64,000 bases of DNA from Spirochaetia bacterium (GCA_965263295.1 OZ253665.1:1600001-1664000); one strand, 5' to 3'. Shown: positions 20,770 to 32,696, counted from the first letter of the stretch. The notes: generated by a model not told the origin, from the sequence alone. Numbers and translations: made by a program.

Positions 20770-21268
20770 GCCACTCCCAGCGACTGAGAAGTTTACGCAA
20801 TAAAGGATTCATTAAAAAACACAACAAGGCCGAGTAAATGGTACTTAAAAAGATCTGTAAAAATTCCAGCAAACTAGGTAGATAGGCATTTACAAATACC
20901 AGTTTCAAAGCAACGCTGCCCAGGCCCCACAGGAGTGTGGCAATTGCCGTGCAAATTACGAGCAGTAAAGTGCTGGGTGCTTTGAAGCGATCGTAAAACA
21001 GACGCCCCATGACAAAAGCCATACAACAAAGTAGTATGGGATATACGCCTTGAGGCAATCCAGTATCAATTTCTGTAACCCCCCAAACAATTCCGACAAA
21101 GAAACCCAAACCTTCAGCTAATACAGAGCCGGTCGCTGTGGCCAAGATAAGCAATGTAATGATGGGCAACAGAGGTTCGCCAATCAGGTAGCTGCCCAGA
21201 GGGACCATGAACAACTGCTGTAATATCACGCTGCTAAACAAAATCGGGAAATACCACAAACGGTGCAT
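20756..21268 (-). CDS. mreD: rod shape-determining protein MreD
   Basis: Small, very hydrophobic ORF between mreC and mrdA. Confidence 0.75.
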   Translation of the reverse strand: MHRLWYFPILFSSVILQQLFMVPLGSYLIGEPLLPIITLLILATATGSVLAEGLGFFVGIVWGVTEIDTGLPQGVYPILLCCMAFVMGRLFYDRFKAPSTLLLVICTAIATLLWGLGSVALKLVFVNAYLPSLLEFLQIFLSTIYSALLCFLMNPLLRKLLSRWEWHGSV

Positions 21269-21269
21269 T

Positions 21270-22307
21270 CTAATCGACTTTCGCGGCATTGCGCAAAGTG
21301 CTTGCCTGATTGTCTGCCCGCTGATCCGTCCGGCTGTTTATCAAATGATTCGCTGCACTATTTATCCTGCTATTAACTAGGCTAATTGTATCAATTGGGG
21401 TATTCAGATCGCTCAGTTCACCAGCTTGAGGTGACGCCACACTGATTTCGTCCCCCTGAATCAACACCGCCACATACTCTATCTGGCTGAGTTCAACCAC
21501 AGGGTTAACTATTAAACTCAAGGAAGCGTTGTACTCCAGTTCCTCAACCTGTTGCACATAACCAATCGGAATACCACGCGGATACAGCGACTCCCTAGAA
21601 CCTGCACTGACAATCAGTTCTCCACTCTGGATACTATTGAGCGCCTGGCGATTGATAAAATCGAGACGATACTGGCGTCCGCTATTACTCAATATACCTT
21701 GAAAGCGAGAATCAGCCAACATCGCCGTGACCCCTAGTTGATAGTAACGATTTCCCAGACTAACCACGACAGACTGGCCTCTACCAACCGTCTGGATTTT
21801 GCCGATCAGGCCGTATTTGCCATTTGCAAAACCAATCACCGGAGCATCGCGATAAACTCCTTGTTCACGACCGACATCTATAGAAATTGAATCCTGCAGG
21901 GTGCTGCCCGAACGCGCGATAATCTCAGCGTTGACATGATGCCACTCAATGCTCTGACTCAACCCTAAAAGCTGACGTAAGCGCCGGTTTTCTCCAGCCT
22001 TACGCTTCAATTCGGCAAGTTGAGACTTTAATTGCCGGCGTTGAGTTTCGGCCTCACGATACATGTTTTCCCAGGAATTGAGACGGAAAGCCGTCTGCAC
22101 GGTAGCCAAGACTCTTTGGTTGCCCTCACGAAAAAACTGCAAGATCTTATCCATTGACAAACCGCCATATAATTCGAATGAGCGCCCGTAAGACTTCATG
22201 GCCGCCGGCGGCAACAGCAGGGCCGAAAACAAAATATAGCAAACAAATGGCACAATTGTCTTACGCTCTGTCTGCCCGACTGTGGTCCTCGACTGCAACT
22301 TATTCAT
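21270..22307 (-). CDS. mreC: rod shape-determining protein MreC
   Basis: TM, coiled coil EN.RLRQLL, IDVG..QGV, GLIGKI, YPRGIPIG. Confidence 0.9.
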   Translation of the reverse strand: MNKLQSRTTVGQTERKTIVPFVCYILFSALLLPPAAMKSYGRSFELYGGLSMDKILQFFREGNQRVLATVQTAFRLNSWENMYREAETQRRQLKSQLAELKRKAGENRRLRQLLGLSQSIEWHHVNAEIIARSGSTLQDSISIDVGREQGVYRDAPVIGFANGKYGLIGKIQTVGRGQSVVVSLGNRYYQLGVTAMLADSRFQGILSNSGRQYRLDFINRQALNSIQSGELIVSAGSRESLYPRGIPIGYVQQVEELEYNASLSLIVNPVVELSQIEYVAVLIQGDEISVASPQAGELSDLNTPIDTISLVNSRINSAANHLINSRTDQRADNQASTLRNAAKVD

Positions 22308-22530
22308 TCGTGCTTACCCAGAAATAAAAAAGAATACCTATCAATTCTAACAATAGCCAATGGACCGGGCTTGGGAGAAAAACTACGCAAATGCCAAGCC
22401 CAGCAATGGCCCCAAATTCTCAAGACGCCCATTTACCGCACTCTGTCAACGGCGGACAAGAAATATCAGGAGAATTATTACTAGGGCAACCCAATGGCAT
22501 TGCCCACCAAATCCGAGACCTTATCCCGAA

Positions 22531-23535
22531 CTAATAGCCCTTCTTCTGGTTAATCTCATGGTAGCGCCCGGCCCCGATAGCCACACAAAGCAGGGGCTCG
22601 TTAGCCAACAATACGGGAACCCCGGTTTCCTTGGCGATCAAACGCGACAAACCTTTGAGCATCGCCCCTCCGCCGGTCAAGACAATACCGCGATCAATGA
22701 TGTCCGCCCCCAACTCTGGCGGCGTGTCCGAAAATGTGCGTTTGATCCACTCGACAATAATGTTGACCGGGTCCTTAATCGCCTCACGAATTTCTACAGA
22801 ATCAACTTCAAGACGACGCGGCAAACCAGTAATGGCATCCGTACCCTTAATCTCCATTTTCTCAATGGTGCTCTCAAGAAAAGCATTGCCAATCTTAATC
22901 TTTAGGGCTTCCGCCGTCTGCTCACCAATAGTGAGGTTATGAACGCTCCGGATGTGTTTTACAATGGCTTCGTCAAACTCGTCGCCGCCGATGCGGATAG
23001 CGTTGCTGACAACCAGATCGCCCAGCGATACGACAGAAACTTCGGTAGTCCCGCCACCGATGTCACAAACCATATGCCCAGCTGGTTCATTGATCGGAAT
23101 ATCCGCGCCAATAGCTGCGCACAAAGACTCATACACACATTCAACCTTGCTGACACCGGCGCGAGTGGCACTATCTTCTACCGCTTTGCGTTCCACTTCA
23201 GTAATACAGTAGGGAACACCGATCACCACGCGAGGCTGGACCAATCGGCGCGAAGAAATGGTGCGATCAAGAAAATACTTAATCATGACTTCAGTCAAGT
23301 CAAGCTTGGCAATCACACCATCACGCAGTGGGCGAATTGCCTGGATTTTACTGGGGGTACGTCCCAGAATACGTTTGGCTTCTTCTCCAACCGCCACCAC
23401 TTGATTCGTGCCCCGTTCAACGGCCACCACGGATGGTTCGGCGCAAACTATACCACGACCACGAACATAAATCAAGGTATTACATGTACCTAAGTCAATA
23501 CCAATATCAATCGACAAATTGCTAAACAGCCCCAC
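22531..23535 (-). CDS. mreB: actin-like protein MreB
   Basis: IGIDLGT.NT, EPSVVA, RPLRDGVIA, DIGGGTTE, GIVLTGGGA. Confidence 0.97.
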   Translation of the reverse strand: MGLFSNLSIDIGIDLGTCNTLIYVRGRGIVCAEPSVVAVERGTNQVVAVGEEAKRILGRTPSKIQAIRPLRDGVIAKLDLTEVMIKYFLDRTISSRRLVQPRVVIGVPYCITEVERKAVEDSATRAGVSKVECVYESLCAAIGADIPINEPAGHMVCDIGGGTTEVSVVSLGDLVVSNAIRIGGDEFDEAIVKHIRSVHNLTIGEQTAEALKIKIGNAFLESTIEKMEIKGTDAITGLPRRLEVDSVEIREAIKDPVNIIVEWIKRTFSDTPPELGADIIDRGIVLTGGGAMLKGLSRLIAKETGVPVLLANEPLLCVAIGAGRYHEINQKKGY

Positions 23536-23544
23536 TCTCTACTC

Positions 23545-24447
23545 CTATTCCTGCAAGCGCTGGTATGCCGCTCTATATTGATCGTCCAACTCCAGAGTCA
23601 GCCGCCATTCCTTGCGTGCCTGCACAGGGTTATTCAAAGCCCGGTACACTTCACCCAAAAGGAAATGCGCATCGGCCGACTCTTTTTTTTCCAGAGCTTC
23701 ATCAAGAGACAGCTTGGCATCCAGCCAGCGCCCCATATTGTAGTAAACTTGTGCCAATTGCAAAAGAATATCTGCGACAAGTAGCTGATTTTGAGTATTT
23801 TTTTGTGCGTTTTTCAACATTATTTCAGCTTGCAGGTTTTCCCCCGCGCCAATCAGGCTCGTCCCGTAAGTCAAAAGAAAACGTCCCGAATTTTTGCCTG
23901 CCTGGTATAAACTCTGGAAATATTCAAGGCTTTGCTTGTCCTGTCCCAACTGATGATAAGCATCTGCGAGAAATTCAAAACTATCCTTGGCACTATAGCC
24001 TAACTCTACAGACTTCTGCAGGTATACCAATGACAAAGACATTGTAGAAAATCCCTGATAAAAGTAGCTTTTACCCAAAATATAATCTATTTCAGCTATT
24101 ACATTTTTATTAGGGTGACCAGCGACCAAGGCTTTGCGCAGATAACGAACCGCCAGCCTCAGCTTCAGCTGACGTTCGTGCTCATCAACCTGAGCTAAAG
24201 CCAGATAAAAATAAGTATAACCACTATAACGTAGCAGTTGAAAATTCAGTGAATCTTTGCGCAATTTTTCAAGCGTAATTTGAATGATCTTGTCTAGCTC
24301 GCCTCGCTCCCACAAGGCTTCAATTTCCGCGCCTTCAGCCTGATTCACTTCCTGAAACATATTATAGTAACCCCAAGCCAAAGCCACAAAACCAGAAAAT
24401 GCCAGAATCAAGAACATGATCAGAAATGTCTCGCGCGCGTTATTCAC
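23545..24447 (-). CDS. membrane-anchored TPR protein
   Basis: N-terminal TM plus TPR-like helices (YILGKSYF, AHFLLGEVY); typical spirochete position upstream of mreB. Confidence 0.78.
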   Translation of the reverse strand: MNNARETFLIMFLILAFSGFVALAWGYYNMFQEVNQAEGAEIEALWERGELDKIIQITLEKLRKDSLNFQLLRYSGYTYFYLALAQVDEHERQLKLRLAVRYLRKALVAGHPNKNVIAEIDYILGKSYFYQGFSTMSLSLVYLQKSVELGYSAKDSFEFLADAYHQLGQDKQSLEYFQSLYQAGKNSGRFLLTYGTSLIGAGENLQAEIMLKNAQKNTQNQLLVADILLQLAQVYYNMGRWLDAKLSLDEALEKKESADAHFLLGEVYRALNNPVQARKEWRLTLELDDQYRAAYQRLQE

Positions 24448-24569
24448 TGAACATTTCCTAGTCTAACTTGTACAAGTCCTGTGTTAAGACTTCTTGAATG
24501 TTTATGACTGGTCATAACCTTCTGGCAATTGAGAAGCTTGTTAAAGCAACTCCCGTGTAAAAAATAAAA

Positions 24570-24949
24570 GGGCAGCCCCATAAGCCGGATTCTGTTCTAT
24601 CCTATCATTTATCTAGCCTGACTGTCGCCAGCCAGATCGAGCAATCTACCCATAATGGTAACAGACGAGAAGCCCCATTATTGCTTGATTTTGCTTCAGA
24701 TGAGGTTTACCCTGCCCCGACCCTGTCGCCAAGGGGGCGGTGCGCTCTTACCGCACCATTTCACCCTTACCTGACGCTTCAGTTTACTCCGCAAACTCAA
24801 TCGCCAGGCGGTATATTTTCTGTGGCACTTTCTCTCAAAGCCGCCGGCAGAACCGGCACAGCCCCGTCTGGGAACTACCCAGCATCTCTCTCTGCGAAGC
24901 CCGGACTTTCCTCTGTATCAATTAATACAGCGATAGGTCGGACTGCCCC
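24570..24949 (-). ncRNA. rnpB: RNase P RNA (class A)
   Basis: GAGGAAAGTCCGGGC, GAAAGTGCCACAGAAA, GGGTGAAA..GGTAAGAGC, GGTAAAC, AACAGAATCCGGCTTA; terminal GGGCAG/CTGCCC helix. Confidence 0.97.
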
Positions 24950-24970
24950 AAATTTTTAAATTCTCAACCC

Positions 24971-25792
24971 TCAATCAAAATCAGCGAAATCGCTGTCATC
25001 GACCAAGTCCGCCAGACCCTCCACATCATCTTGGCAACTACTATCGTAATCAAGTACGCCCGTGCCCACTTTTTCACCTGCGGCAACAGCCTCATCATAG
25101 AAGAGGATACGGCTACAGTATGGGCAGAAATGCACATCTTCGCTAGAACGCACATCGTTCATAAACTGGCGCGGCAGGATCATGAAGCAGCCACTACAGA
25201 TGCCCTGTGAGATCGGCACAATGCCCTGACCACCCTTACTGCGCAAAATACGGTCAAACTTGTATAACATTTCCTGATCCATATCGGGCGCAATATTCTT
25301 CTCCTTATTTTCCAAAACCGCAATTTCTTTAAGCTTTTCTTCCATCATGTTTTCGATACGCAATTTCTCATCGGCCACTTCCGCTTCCTGTAGATTGATG
25401 ATATCTTCTTCCGACTTGAGCTGCTCCCTCAGCTCTTGCCCTTTACCCTCAAGGCTTTGGATGCGGCGGCGCAATGTCAACTCCTGCGCACTATATTCGA
25501 CAATTTCTTTATCTAGGGCTTCATACTCGCGCTGAGTCTTAATTTGATCCATGCGCTGCTCGGCTTCTAGGCGCAACTGCTCAATGTGGCCAAAATCATT
25601 GCGCAACTGGGCAATCTCGTGCTGATTCGCCTCGTAATCACGATTTGAGTCGATAAACTTCTTCTTCTGGCGACTAAGCATCTCTTCCCTCATTTTCAGG
25701 CTGCGGGGAATATCCTCTAGTTCATTTTCCAGTTGGTATTTACTGGACAAAACATTTTGCAGTTCCTGCAGTGTGACAAATACTTCCTTCAT
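24971..25792 (-). CDS. coiled-coil protein with C4 zinc ribbon (DUF164/CdsZ-like)
   Basis: Long coiled coil then CSGC...CPYCSRIL; between rpoD and rnpB. Confidence 0.88.
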   Translation of the reverse strand: MKEVFVTLQELQNVLSSKYQLENELEDIPRSLKMREEMLSRQKKKFIDSNRDYEANQHEIAQLRNDFGHIEQLRLEAEQRMDQIKTQREYEALDKEIVEYSAQELTLRRRIQSLEGKGQELREQLKSEEDIINLQEAEVADEKLRIENMMEEKLKEIAVLENKEKNIAPDMDQEMLYKFDRILRSKGGQGIVPISQGICSGCFMILPRQFMNDVRSSEDVHFCPYCSRILFYDEAVAAGEKVGTGVLDYDSSCQDDVEGLADLVDDSDFADFD

Positions 25793-25859
25793 TTGGCAAG
25801 TTCTCCTAATTTGTAGCTCTGCTGCGATACGCAAATTTAAAGCGGCTACATATTATACA

Positions 25860-27878
25860 CTATTCTTCCAAATAATCAAAGAGCCGGCGAGAACGCCGTT
25901 TAGCCCTCAAGCGCTTGAGGCTTTTCGCCTCAATCTGACGAATACGTTCACGCGTCACTTTAAACATCAAACCCACTTCTTCCAAGGTCAAGGCATAACC
26001 ATCCTTCAGGCCAAAACGCATCTTGATCACCTCACGTTCGCGCTCTGGCAAAGTTTTCAAGGTATCATCCAGTTGCTCTTTTAGGGCCTGATAGGCCGTC
26101 TCGGCAGACGGATTTACAATCGACTTGTCTTCAATGAAGTCTCCCAAGTTTGAATCTTCATCGTCGCCAATCGGTGTCTCCAGTGAAATGGGCTCTCGGG
26201 CCACGCTCTTGACGCTCTTTACGCGCTTGACTTGCCAGCCCAGGCGTTCGGCAATTTCTTCATCTGTCGGTTCGCAGCCCTTAATCTGTAGCAGCTGTCG
26301 AGACTCACGCACCACTTTGTTAATCTGCTCAATCATATGTACGGGCACGCGGATGGTGCGAGCCTGATCGGAGATAGAACGGGTGATGGCCTGGCGAATC
26401 CACCAGGTGGCGTAGGTAGAAAACTTGAAACCCTTAGAATATTCAAATTTTTCCACCGCTTTAATCAGACCGATATTCCCCTCTTGTACCAGGTCAAAAA
26501 AGTGTAGGCCACGGTTGGTATACTTTTTGGCAATGCTGACCACCAAGCGCAGGTTCGCGCGAATCAAGTGGTCTTTGGCACTTCTCATCATGCGTGAGCC
26601 ATCATTGACCTCATCGGCCATCTCAAGTATTTCCGTCGTCCTGCTCTCCAGTTCAATTTCAATATAGCGCAAATTCTGATCCGTAATCTGCACCTGGCGG
26701 ATCAAATCTTTTATCTGATTCGCATCCAGCTCCAACTCTTTCTCCAGGACACGACACCGGCTGCCATTGGCCAAACGTCGGCCCAGCTGTCTCAGTTCAT
26801 CGCGATTGCAGATCTGCAGCCGTTGCTCAATCTTGCGCCGCTCCACACGGTACTTCTCAATACGCCGCGCCGAGCTGACAAACTTTTCGGCAAAATAGAT
26901 GATTTCTTCCTGATGGATATCCATTTGCATTATGGGCTTGAGGAGCTGAGCGCGTTTTACCTTCAGCCTTTCGTCGCTAAAAATATCGCCGCCCTCACGA
27001 ATAATGGACATCTTGAGTTCCATGTAACTCTTGAGTTGGCCGGCAATAGTTCGCAACGGCTCCTTGTAATACTGGTTGAGGCGGCGCTTTTCCGTAAAAA
27101 ACTCCGAATTACTGCCATCCTTGTCGCTCTCAAGGTTTTCTTCCTCAATATGGCTCTTCTTGGCAAAGGCCTTCTGCGCCAGGCTGTAAAACTCAGGGAT
27201 AATCATGCCCGAACGTTTGAGCACATTCTTGATAATATTTTCACCTTCCTCCATCTTCTTGGAAAGTTCTACTTCCTGCTCGGCACGCAGCAGAGGCACC
27301 TTGCCGATCTCGCGCAAATACAAACGGATTGGATCGTCGACATTGCCTTCACCGCGATTGTCAATCAGGCGCTGGACGACGTTATTTGCCTGGCCATCTC
27401 CTTCCTCCTCGCTCTCAGCTGCGTCATCGGCATCGTTTTCGCCTTCATCCTCATCAATTTCAGGATCTTCGTAATCGTAAAATTTTTCGGACTTGATATC
27501 ATGGCTGAGTCGATCGGCATACTCCACCGTAACCTCCTCATCCCCCTCCAAAGAAGGCCCGAGCGAAGGCCCATGAGAAGCAAAAGGCAAAGAATTATCG
27601 TCATCCAGATCATCTTCTAGGTCGTTGTCAAGGTCGGCTTCCAGGTCGATCTCATGGTCCTCAAACTCTTCCAGCTGCAACAGTTCCTCGCCCCCTTCGA
27701 CTTCGACATTGATGCCCTTCTTTTCCAAAAAGGTCAATAAGTCTTCCATGCGCTCACTGTCAAAGTCATCTGGCAACACGGCTTCCAGTTCGCCATACGT
27801 CAAATGGCCAGACTCAATGCCCTTCTCAAGCAGAGCAGCCAAATTAGGGATTTTCAAAAGCTCTTCTTCTGTCATCAT
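25860..27878 (-). CDS. rpoD: RNA polymerase primary sigma factor
   Basis: Region 1.1, [47 protein letters not shown]. Confidence 0.97.
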   Translation of the reverse strand: MMTEEELLKIPNLAALLEKGIESGHLTYGELEAVLPDDFDSERMEDLLTFLEKKGINVEVEGGEELLQLEEFEDHEIDLEADLDNDLEDDLDDDNSLPFASHGPSLGPSLEGDEEVTVEYADRLSHDIKSEKFYDYEDPEIDEDEGENDADDAAESEEEGDGQANNVVQRLIDNRGEGNVDDPIRLYLREIGKVPLLRAEQEVELSKKMEEGENIIKNVLKRSGMIIPEFYSLAQKAFAKKSHIEEENLESDKDGSNSEFFTEKRRLNQYYKEPLRTIAGQLKSYMELKMSIIREGGDIFSDERLKVKRAQLLKPIMQMDIHQEEIIYFAEKFVSSARRIEKYRVERRKIEQRLQICNRDELRQLGRRLANGSRCRVLEKELELDANQIKDLIRQVQITDQNLRYIEIELESRTTEILEMADEVNDGSRMMRSAKDHLIRANLRLVVSIAKKYTNRGLHFFDLVQEGNIGLIKAVEKFEYSKGFKFSTYATWWIRQAITRSISDQARTIRVPVHMIEQINKVVRESRQLLQIKGCEPTDEEIAERLGWQVKRVKSVKSVAREPISLETPIGDDEDSNLGDFIEDKSIVNPSAETAYQALKEQLDDTLKTLPEREREVIKMRFGLKDGYALTLEEVGLMFKVTRERIRQIEAKSLKRLRAKRRSRRLFDYLEE

Positions 27879-28295
27879 TGCACCTTAATCAAATATTTTG
27901 CTTGTCGATATTTGCGATACGGACAAGCCTCCGAAGTCACCCCGGCAAATATTGGCAAACATCAGCAAACATCGGCAAATACAGGCATTGCCAGACATAG
28001 ACCACGGTCCGCAAGCTAATTCTAATTTCACAAATTTTTTGCATACTCATGCGGCGCGGACGACAAGGTCACCAAAGTTCTTCACAATAGTCAATTTGAG
28101 TTGGGAAAATGCTCGGTATTCTTTTTCAATACGAAACTTAATTTTGCATGTAAAAAACGCGGAAACGGAAATTTTGATCTCTTCGTCTTTTACCAATTTT
28201 TCCAGAGAGGTGTTCCAAAGCTTATTCACTGGCTCAAATAATAATGAAATAAAAAATTAAACCCAAGGTCGTTCAAGATAATTTCTTTAACAGTT

Positions 28296-30329
28296 TCATA
28301 ACTTCGGCATCTGGCCAGAACGACTTGAGCGCTGAATTTCCCGCTGTAGCTTTTGCATCGCCTCACGAAGCTGTAGCAGCTGCCGATCTAGTCCTTGCAT
28401 TTCCCCCAGCAGTTCAAACTGCAGGCCGGGCCGGGAACCCTCGCGCTCCAAGGCTTGAATATGCCGAACGAGATTCTGGCGCCGTTGGCGCAGCCGGAAC
28501 TCCTGCAAACCACAGAATTTGTGCTGTAAAATAGCCCGGCGGTATGAGGCAAGTTCATACCCCTCGGGGTCCTCCACATTGCCGTAAAGCAAGGGCTCTA
28601 GTTTTTTTTGCAGCAGCCACTCGCCCAGTTCGGGCGCCCGACGACTGACGCGATCACAGAGGGTTTCAAAATTAAAGTCTTGCTCCGTGCAAGCTTGATC
28701 CAGGAGTTGCTTGATCAGAAGGGCCTCCTCGCTTACCCAGTCCCATTGCGACTCGGCAAGTTTCCGCTGCCATTCTGGATAGAGGTCGGCCTGGAGCAAC
28801 AAGCTGGCCCAAAACTCAAGTTCAGCTTGGAGGCTTTGCTGTTCTGCGCTCAACGCCCCGCCGGCGGCCCCCGTTTTCCAGCGTTGGCGGGGCTGCCGGC
28901 CGGAGGGCACATCCCCCGCCTCAGAAGGGCTATTTTTGCGTTCCGCCTCATTTTTTATTTTCGTTTTGCCATCTTTGATTGCCACTTCAGACTTGGCATG
29001 GTTTAATTTCTGGGGCCGATACCGCCAAGCCTCATCAGCGGCCAGGACTTCTTGCTTGAGGCCAAAAATTTTGGCGAATTGGGCAATATAGAGCTCTCGG
29101 CGCAGCCCCTCCCTCATTTGGGACATAAAGGGCGCCAAGAATCGCAAGGCGGCGCTGACTCCGGTCAGTTCGTCCAAGGCAAACCGCTGCTCCAGGTCCT
29201 GGGCCAGGAAGCTAAAGAAATCCAGTGGAGACTGCGCCAAACTGCGCAAATCCGCGCCCCCCTCCCGTTGAAGTATATCGGCTGGATCGCGGCCCGGAGC
29301 CAAAGGGATGACCTGAGTGCTAATCTGTTCTTGCTCCAGCAGGAAGGCCGCCTTATAAATGGCTTTCTGCCCGGCGGCGTCACCGTCAAACGCCAAAATT
29401 ACGCGATCGCAGGCGTAACGCTTGAGTAATTTCGCCTGCCCGGCCGTGAATGCCGTGCCCAAAGGCGCGGCAGCATTGCCGATGCCCGCCTGATGCCAGG
29501 CGAGGACGTCCAGGTTGCCTTCGCAAAGGATCAAGCTGCGCGTGCGACGTAAAGTTTTCAAAGATTGAAACAGGCCAAAGAGGGATTCACTTTTGCGGTA
29601 AGCCGCAGATTCACGAGAATTGATATACTTAGGGACCGAATGTGGAATCTCGGTCGCCAGCTGGCGACCGCTAAAAGCGAGCACCCGTCCCTCGTGATCA
29701 AAGACGGGGAACATCAAACGCTGCCAGAACAGACACGCTTCTTCATTGCGCGTCGAAAATAAACCACTCTCGCGCAATATTTCGGCACTGTAGTTCTGGC
29801 GCCGCAGCCAGTGGTAAATGGCCTTTGAATCCTCTAGCGCATAACCCAGTTCAAACTGTTCGGCCATTTCGGGGCTGACGCCACGCCGCTCTAAATAATT
29901 GCGGGCGCTTTGCCCGCACTCGCTGCGCAAATTCTGGCGGAAACTTTTGTGAACTTGGGCGTAAAGACTATATAAAGCTTCAAGTTTTTTGCGCCCAGCC
30001 TGTCGCGCCTCGGCCTCGGCCGCGGTTTCCGCGCGCTCTGGCAAGGCAAATCCGCTGCGCTGCGCCAACTTGCGCAGGGCTTCGGGAAAACTCAAGGAAT
30101 CCAGTTTCATTACCAGGTTAATAGCATTGCCCTTTTCTTGGCAACCGAAACAATAAAAGCTTTTACGGTCAAGATTGATCGTAAAGGACGGCGTCTTTTC
30201 ATTGTGGAAGGGGCAACAGGCCCACCAGCGCCCGGCGCGGTTTTCCAGCCCGTCTACATAGTTGCGGACCAAGTCGAGCATATCGACGCGGTCGAGCAAT
30301 TGGCTAATAGTTTCGGGCGAATAACGCAT
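28296..30329 (-). CDS. dnaG: DNA primase
   Basis: CHC2 zinc finger CPFH.EKTPSF..CFGC, KYINS, EG..DV, TOPRIM FDGD.AG, DP.D. Probable ATG 30329. Confidence 0.95.
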   Translation of the reverse strand: MRYSPETISQLLDRVDMLDLVRNYVDGLENRAGRWWACCPFHNEKTPSFTINLDRKSFYCFGCQEKGNAINLVMKLDSLSFPEALRKLAQRSGFALPERAETAAEAEARQAGRKKLEALYSLYAQVHKSFRQNLRSECGQSARNYLERRGVSPEMAEQFELGYALEDSKAIYHWLRRQNYSAEILRESGLFSTRNEEACLFWQRLMFPVFDHEGRVLAFSGRQLATEIPHSVPKYINSRESAAYRKSESLFGLFQSLKTLRRTRSLILCEGNLDVLAWHQAGIGNAAAPLGTAFTAGQAKLLKRYACDRVILAFDGDAAGQKAIYKAAFLLEQEQISTQVIPLAPGRDPADILQREGGADLRSLAQSPLDFFSFLAQDLEQRFALDELTGVSAALRFLAPFMSQMREGLRRELYIAQFAKIFGLKQEVLAADEAWRYRPQKLNHAKSEVAIKDGKTKIKNEAERKNSPSEAGDVPSGRQPRQRWKTGAAGGALSAEQQSLQAELEFWASLLLQADLYPEWQRKLAESQWDWVSEEALLIKQLLDQACTEQDFNFETLCDRVSRRAPELGEWLLQKKLEPLLYGNVEDPEGYELASYRRAILQHKFCGLQEFRLRQRRQNLVRHIQALEREGSRPGLQFELLGEMQGLDRQLLQLREAMQKLQREIQRSSRSGQMPKL

Positions 30330-30683
30330 ACTCTCTATAAATACAAAGTTTGAGAATTTTGGCAATAGAATTTTGTCAATACAGTTTTAACAATTTAAAA
30401 GATTTTGCAAAAAGTATTTTCGCGGTGCATGCCCGGCGAGCGGGCTTTGCAACTAGCACCGCAGCTCGTGGCCACCAGTAATGCGGCTCAAATTTATGCG
30501 TATTTGCATATTTTCATACTTACATATTCTAACGGCGCGTATTTTGACGGCTTTTAATAAAATGCAGCTAGCTCTTTTTATTTGTAATTGCCGCCTGTGA
30601 ATAATTCCAGTATCCTGAGCGCCGGAGAAGCGGGCGGGAATCTCCTCGCGACGAGAACAGCTAGATATGACAGGAGCACCGGT

Positions 30684-32090
30684 ATGGCAGGACAAAGCCT
30701 CTACGACAAAGTGTGGCAGGAACATGAGATTGAAAAGCGCCCCGACGGCACTAGCCTGCTTTACATCGACCGCATGATTGTGCATGAGGTCACTTCGCCG
30801 CAGGCTTTTGAAGGCCTGCGGCTCAAAGGCCGCAAAGTGCGCAACAAGCACAAGCTGCTGGCCGTTGCCGACCACAACACCCCCACCCTGGATATTGCGA
30901 ATATCGCAGATGAGGCGGCCCGTATTCAACTCGATACCCTGGAGCGCAATACGAGAGAAGCTGGCGTGGAATATTATCCGTTGGGACACAAGTACAACGG
31001 AGTCTGCCACGTCACCGCGCCGCAGCGCGGCTTTGTGCTGCCAGGTTGCACCTTAGTGTGTGGGGACTCGCACACGGCAACCCACGGTGCCTTTGGCAGC
31101 ATTTCATTTGGTATCGGCACTTCGGAAGTCGAACAAGTCATGGCCAGCCAATGTCTGTTGCAACGAAAGATGAAGAACATGCGCATCCGCGTCGACGGGA
31201 AACTGGCCGACTATGTCCGCCCCAAGGACCTTATTCTCTACATCATTGGCCAGATTGGTACCGCCGGCGGCACAGGCCACGCCATTGAATTTTGCGGCAG
31301 CGCGTTTGAAAATATGGACATGGCCGGCCGCATGACGGCTTGCAATATGGGCATTGAGGCCGGCGCCCGCGTAGCGATGATTGCCCCAGACGAAACGACA
31401 TTCCAGTTTATTCAGGATCGCGACATGGCTCCCAAAGGCCAGGTCTGGGAACGCGCCAAGGCCCACTGGCTGAACTTGCGGAGCGACGCAGATGCCGTGT
31501 TTGAGCGCGAACTGCAATTTGATGCCGCCGATATTGACCCCCAGATCACCTGGGGCACCTCGCCGGAGGACGTGCTGCGCGTCGACAGTGTCGTGCCGCA
31601 GGCCGTCAACGCCACCAAGCAGCGCGCCCTGGAATACATTGGCCTGCGACCCGGCACCAAGCTGACGGACGTAACGATTGACAAAGTCTTTATCGGTTCG
31701 TGCACCAACGGTCGCATCGAAGACATCCGCGAGGCCGCCGAAGTCCTGAAAAAGGCGGCCGCCAAAGGCAAGGCAAGAATCGCGGCCAACATAAAACAGG
31801 CCCTCGTCGTTCCCGGTTCCATGCTGGTGCGCCAGATCGCCGAACGAGAAGGTCTGGATAAAATATTCATCCATGCCGGGTTCGAATGGCGCATGCCCGG
31901 TTGCTCGATGTGCCTGGCCATGAACGGCGACCAACTACAGCCCGGCGAGCGCTGTGCTTCAACTTCGAACCGCAACTTTGAAGGGCGCCAGGGCCGCGGC
32001 GGTCGCACCCACTTGATGAGCCCGGCCATGGTGGCGGCCGCGGCCATCAGCGGCAAAATCTGCGACGTGCGTGAACTGGTCAAAGGCTAG
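30684..32090 (+). CDS. leuC: 3-isopropylmalate dehydratase large subunit
   Basis: [52 protein letters not shown] 30684 with AGGAG RBS. Confidence 0.95.
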   Translation: MAGQSLYDKVWQEHEIEKRPDGTSLLYIDRMIVHEVTSPQAFEGLRLKGRKVRNKHKLLAVADHNTPTLDIANIADEAARIQLDTLERNTREAGVEYYPLGHKYNGVCHVTAPQRGFVLPGCTLVCGDSHTATHGAFGSISFGIGTSEVEQVMASQCLLQRKMKNMRIRVDGKLADYVRPKDLILYIIGQIGTAGGTGHAIEFCGSAFENMDMAGRMTACNMGIEAGARVAMIAPDETTFQFIQDRDMAPKGQVWERAKAHWLNLRSDADAVFERELQFDAADIDPQITWGTSPEDVLRVDSVVPQAVNATKQRALEYIGLRPGTKLTDVTIDKVFIGSCTNGRIEDIREAAEVLKKAAAKGKARIAANIKQALVVPGSMLVRQIAEREGLDKIFIHAGFEWRMPGCSMCLAMNGDQLQPGERCASTSNRNFEGRQGRGGRTHLMSPAMVAAAAISGKICDVRELVKG

Positions 32091-32096
32091 GAGAAA

Positions 32097-32696
32097 ATGG
32101 AAAAATTCACTGTGCTAAAAGGTGTGGCCGCGCCGCTGTACATCGACAATATCGACACGGACATGCTGATCCCCAAGGGCTTCTTGAAAACCGTGAAACG
32201 CACGGGCCTGGGCGTCAATCTGTTTCAGGAAATGCGCTACGACAGCGACGGCAAGGAAATTGATGATTTCGTGCTCAACCGCGAGCCTTATCGTCAGGCC
32301 AAAATACTGCTGGCAGGAAAAAACTTCGGATGTGGTTCTTCGCGCGAACATGCGCCCTGGGCCCTGGCCGACTTCGGAATTCGCGTGATTTTGGCCGAAA
32401 GTTTCGCCGACATTTTTTTTAATAACACGGCCAAAAACGGCATTTTGGCCCTGGCGCTGGAACCCGAACTGATCGCCGAGTTGCGTTCGTTTGCCGAGGC
32501 GGGCGAAGAATTTAGCGTTGATCTGCTAGCGCAAGAAATTGTCGTCGCCGCAAAAGTCTATCCTTTTGAAGTCGACGGTTTCAAGCGCCAATGCCTACTT
32601 GAGGGCCTCGACGATATCGACCTAATCCTCTCCAGCGAGGCGGCCATCCAGGCCCACGAAGACAAATTGCGCCAGAGCCGCCCGTGGTTGGCTTGA
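32097..32696 (+). CDS. leuD: 3-isopropylmalate dehydratase small subunit
   Basis: [28 protein letters not shown]. Confidence 0.95.
   Translation: MEKFTVLKGVAAPLYIDNIDTDMLIPKGFLKTVKRTGLGVNLFQEMRYDSDGKEIDDFVLNREPYRQAKILLAGKNFGCGSSREHAPWALADFGIRVILAESFADIFFNNTAKNGILALALEPELIAELRSFAEAGEEFSVDLLAQEIVVAAKVYPFEVDGFKRQCLLEGLDDIDLILSSEAAIQAHEDKLRQSRPWLA

Noticed and set aside
24681..24959. ORFs overlapping rnpB (also those over tRNA-Ile at 59866 and tRNA-Arg at 51727)
   Set aside because: Spurious frames across structural RNA genes.
28047..28229. 60-aa ORF between dnaG and rpoD, with nearby 10-bp ATCGGCAAAC-like repeats (~27950-27985)
   Set aside because: No RBS and no recognisable motif; AT-rich DNA more likely holding rpoD promoters. 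The repeats fit the general slippage pattern.
30562..30600. Possible leu attenuator peptide [12 protein letters not shown]
   Set aside because: No tandem Leu codons, no RBS and no terminator between it and leuC.
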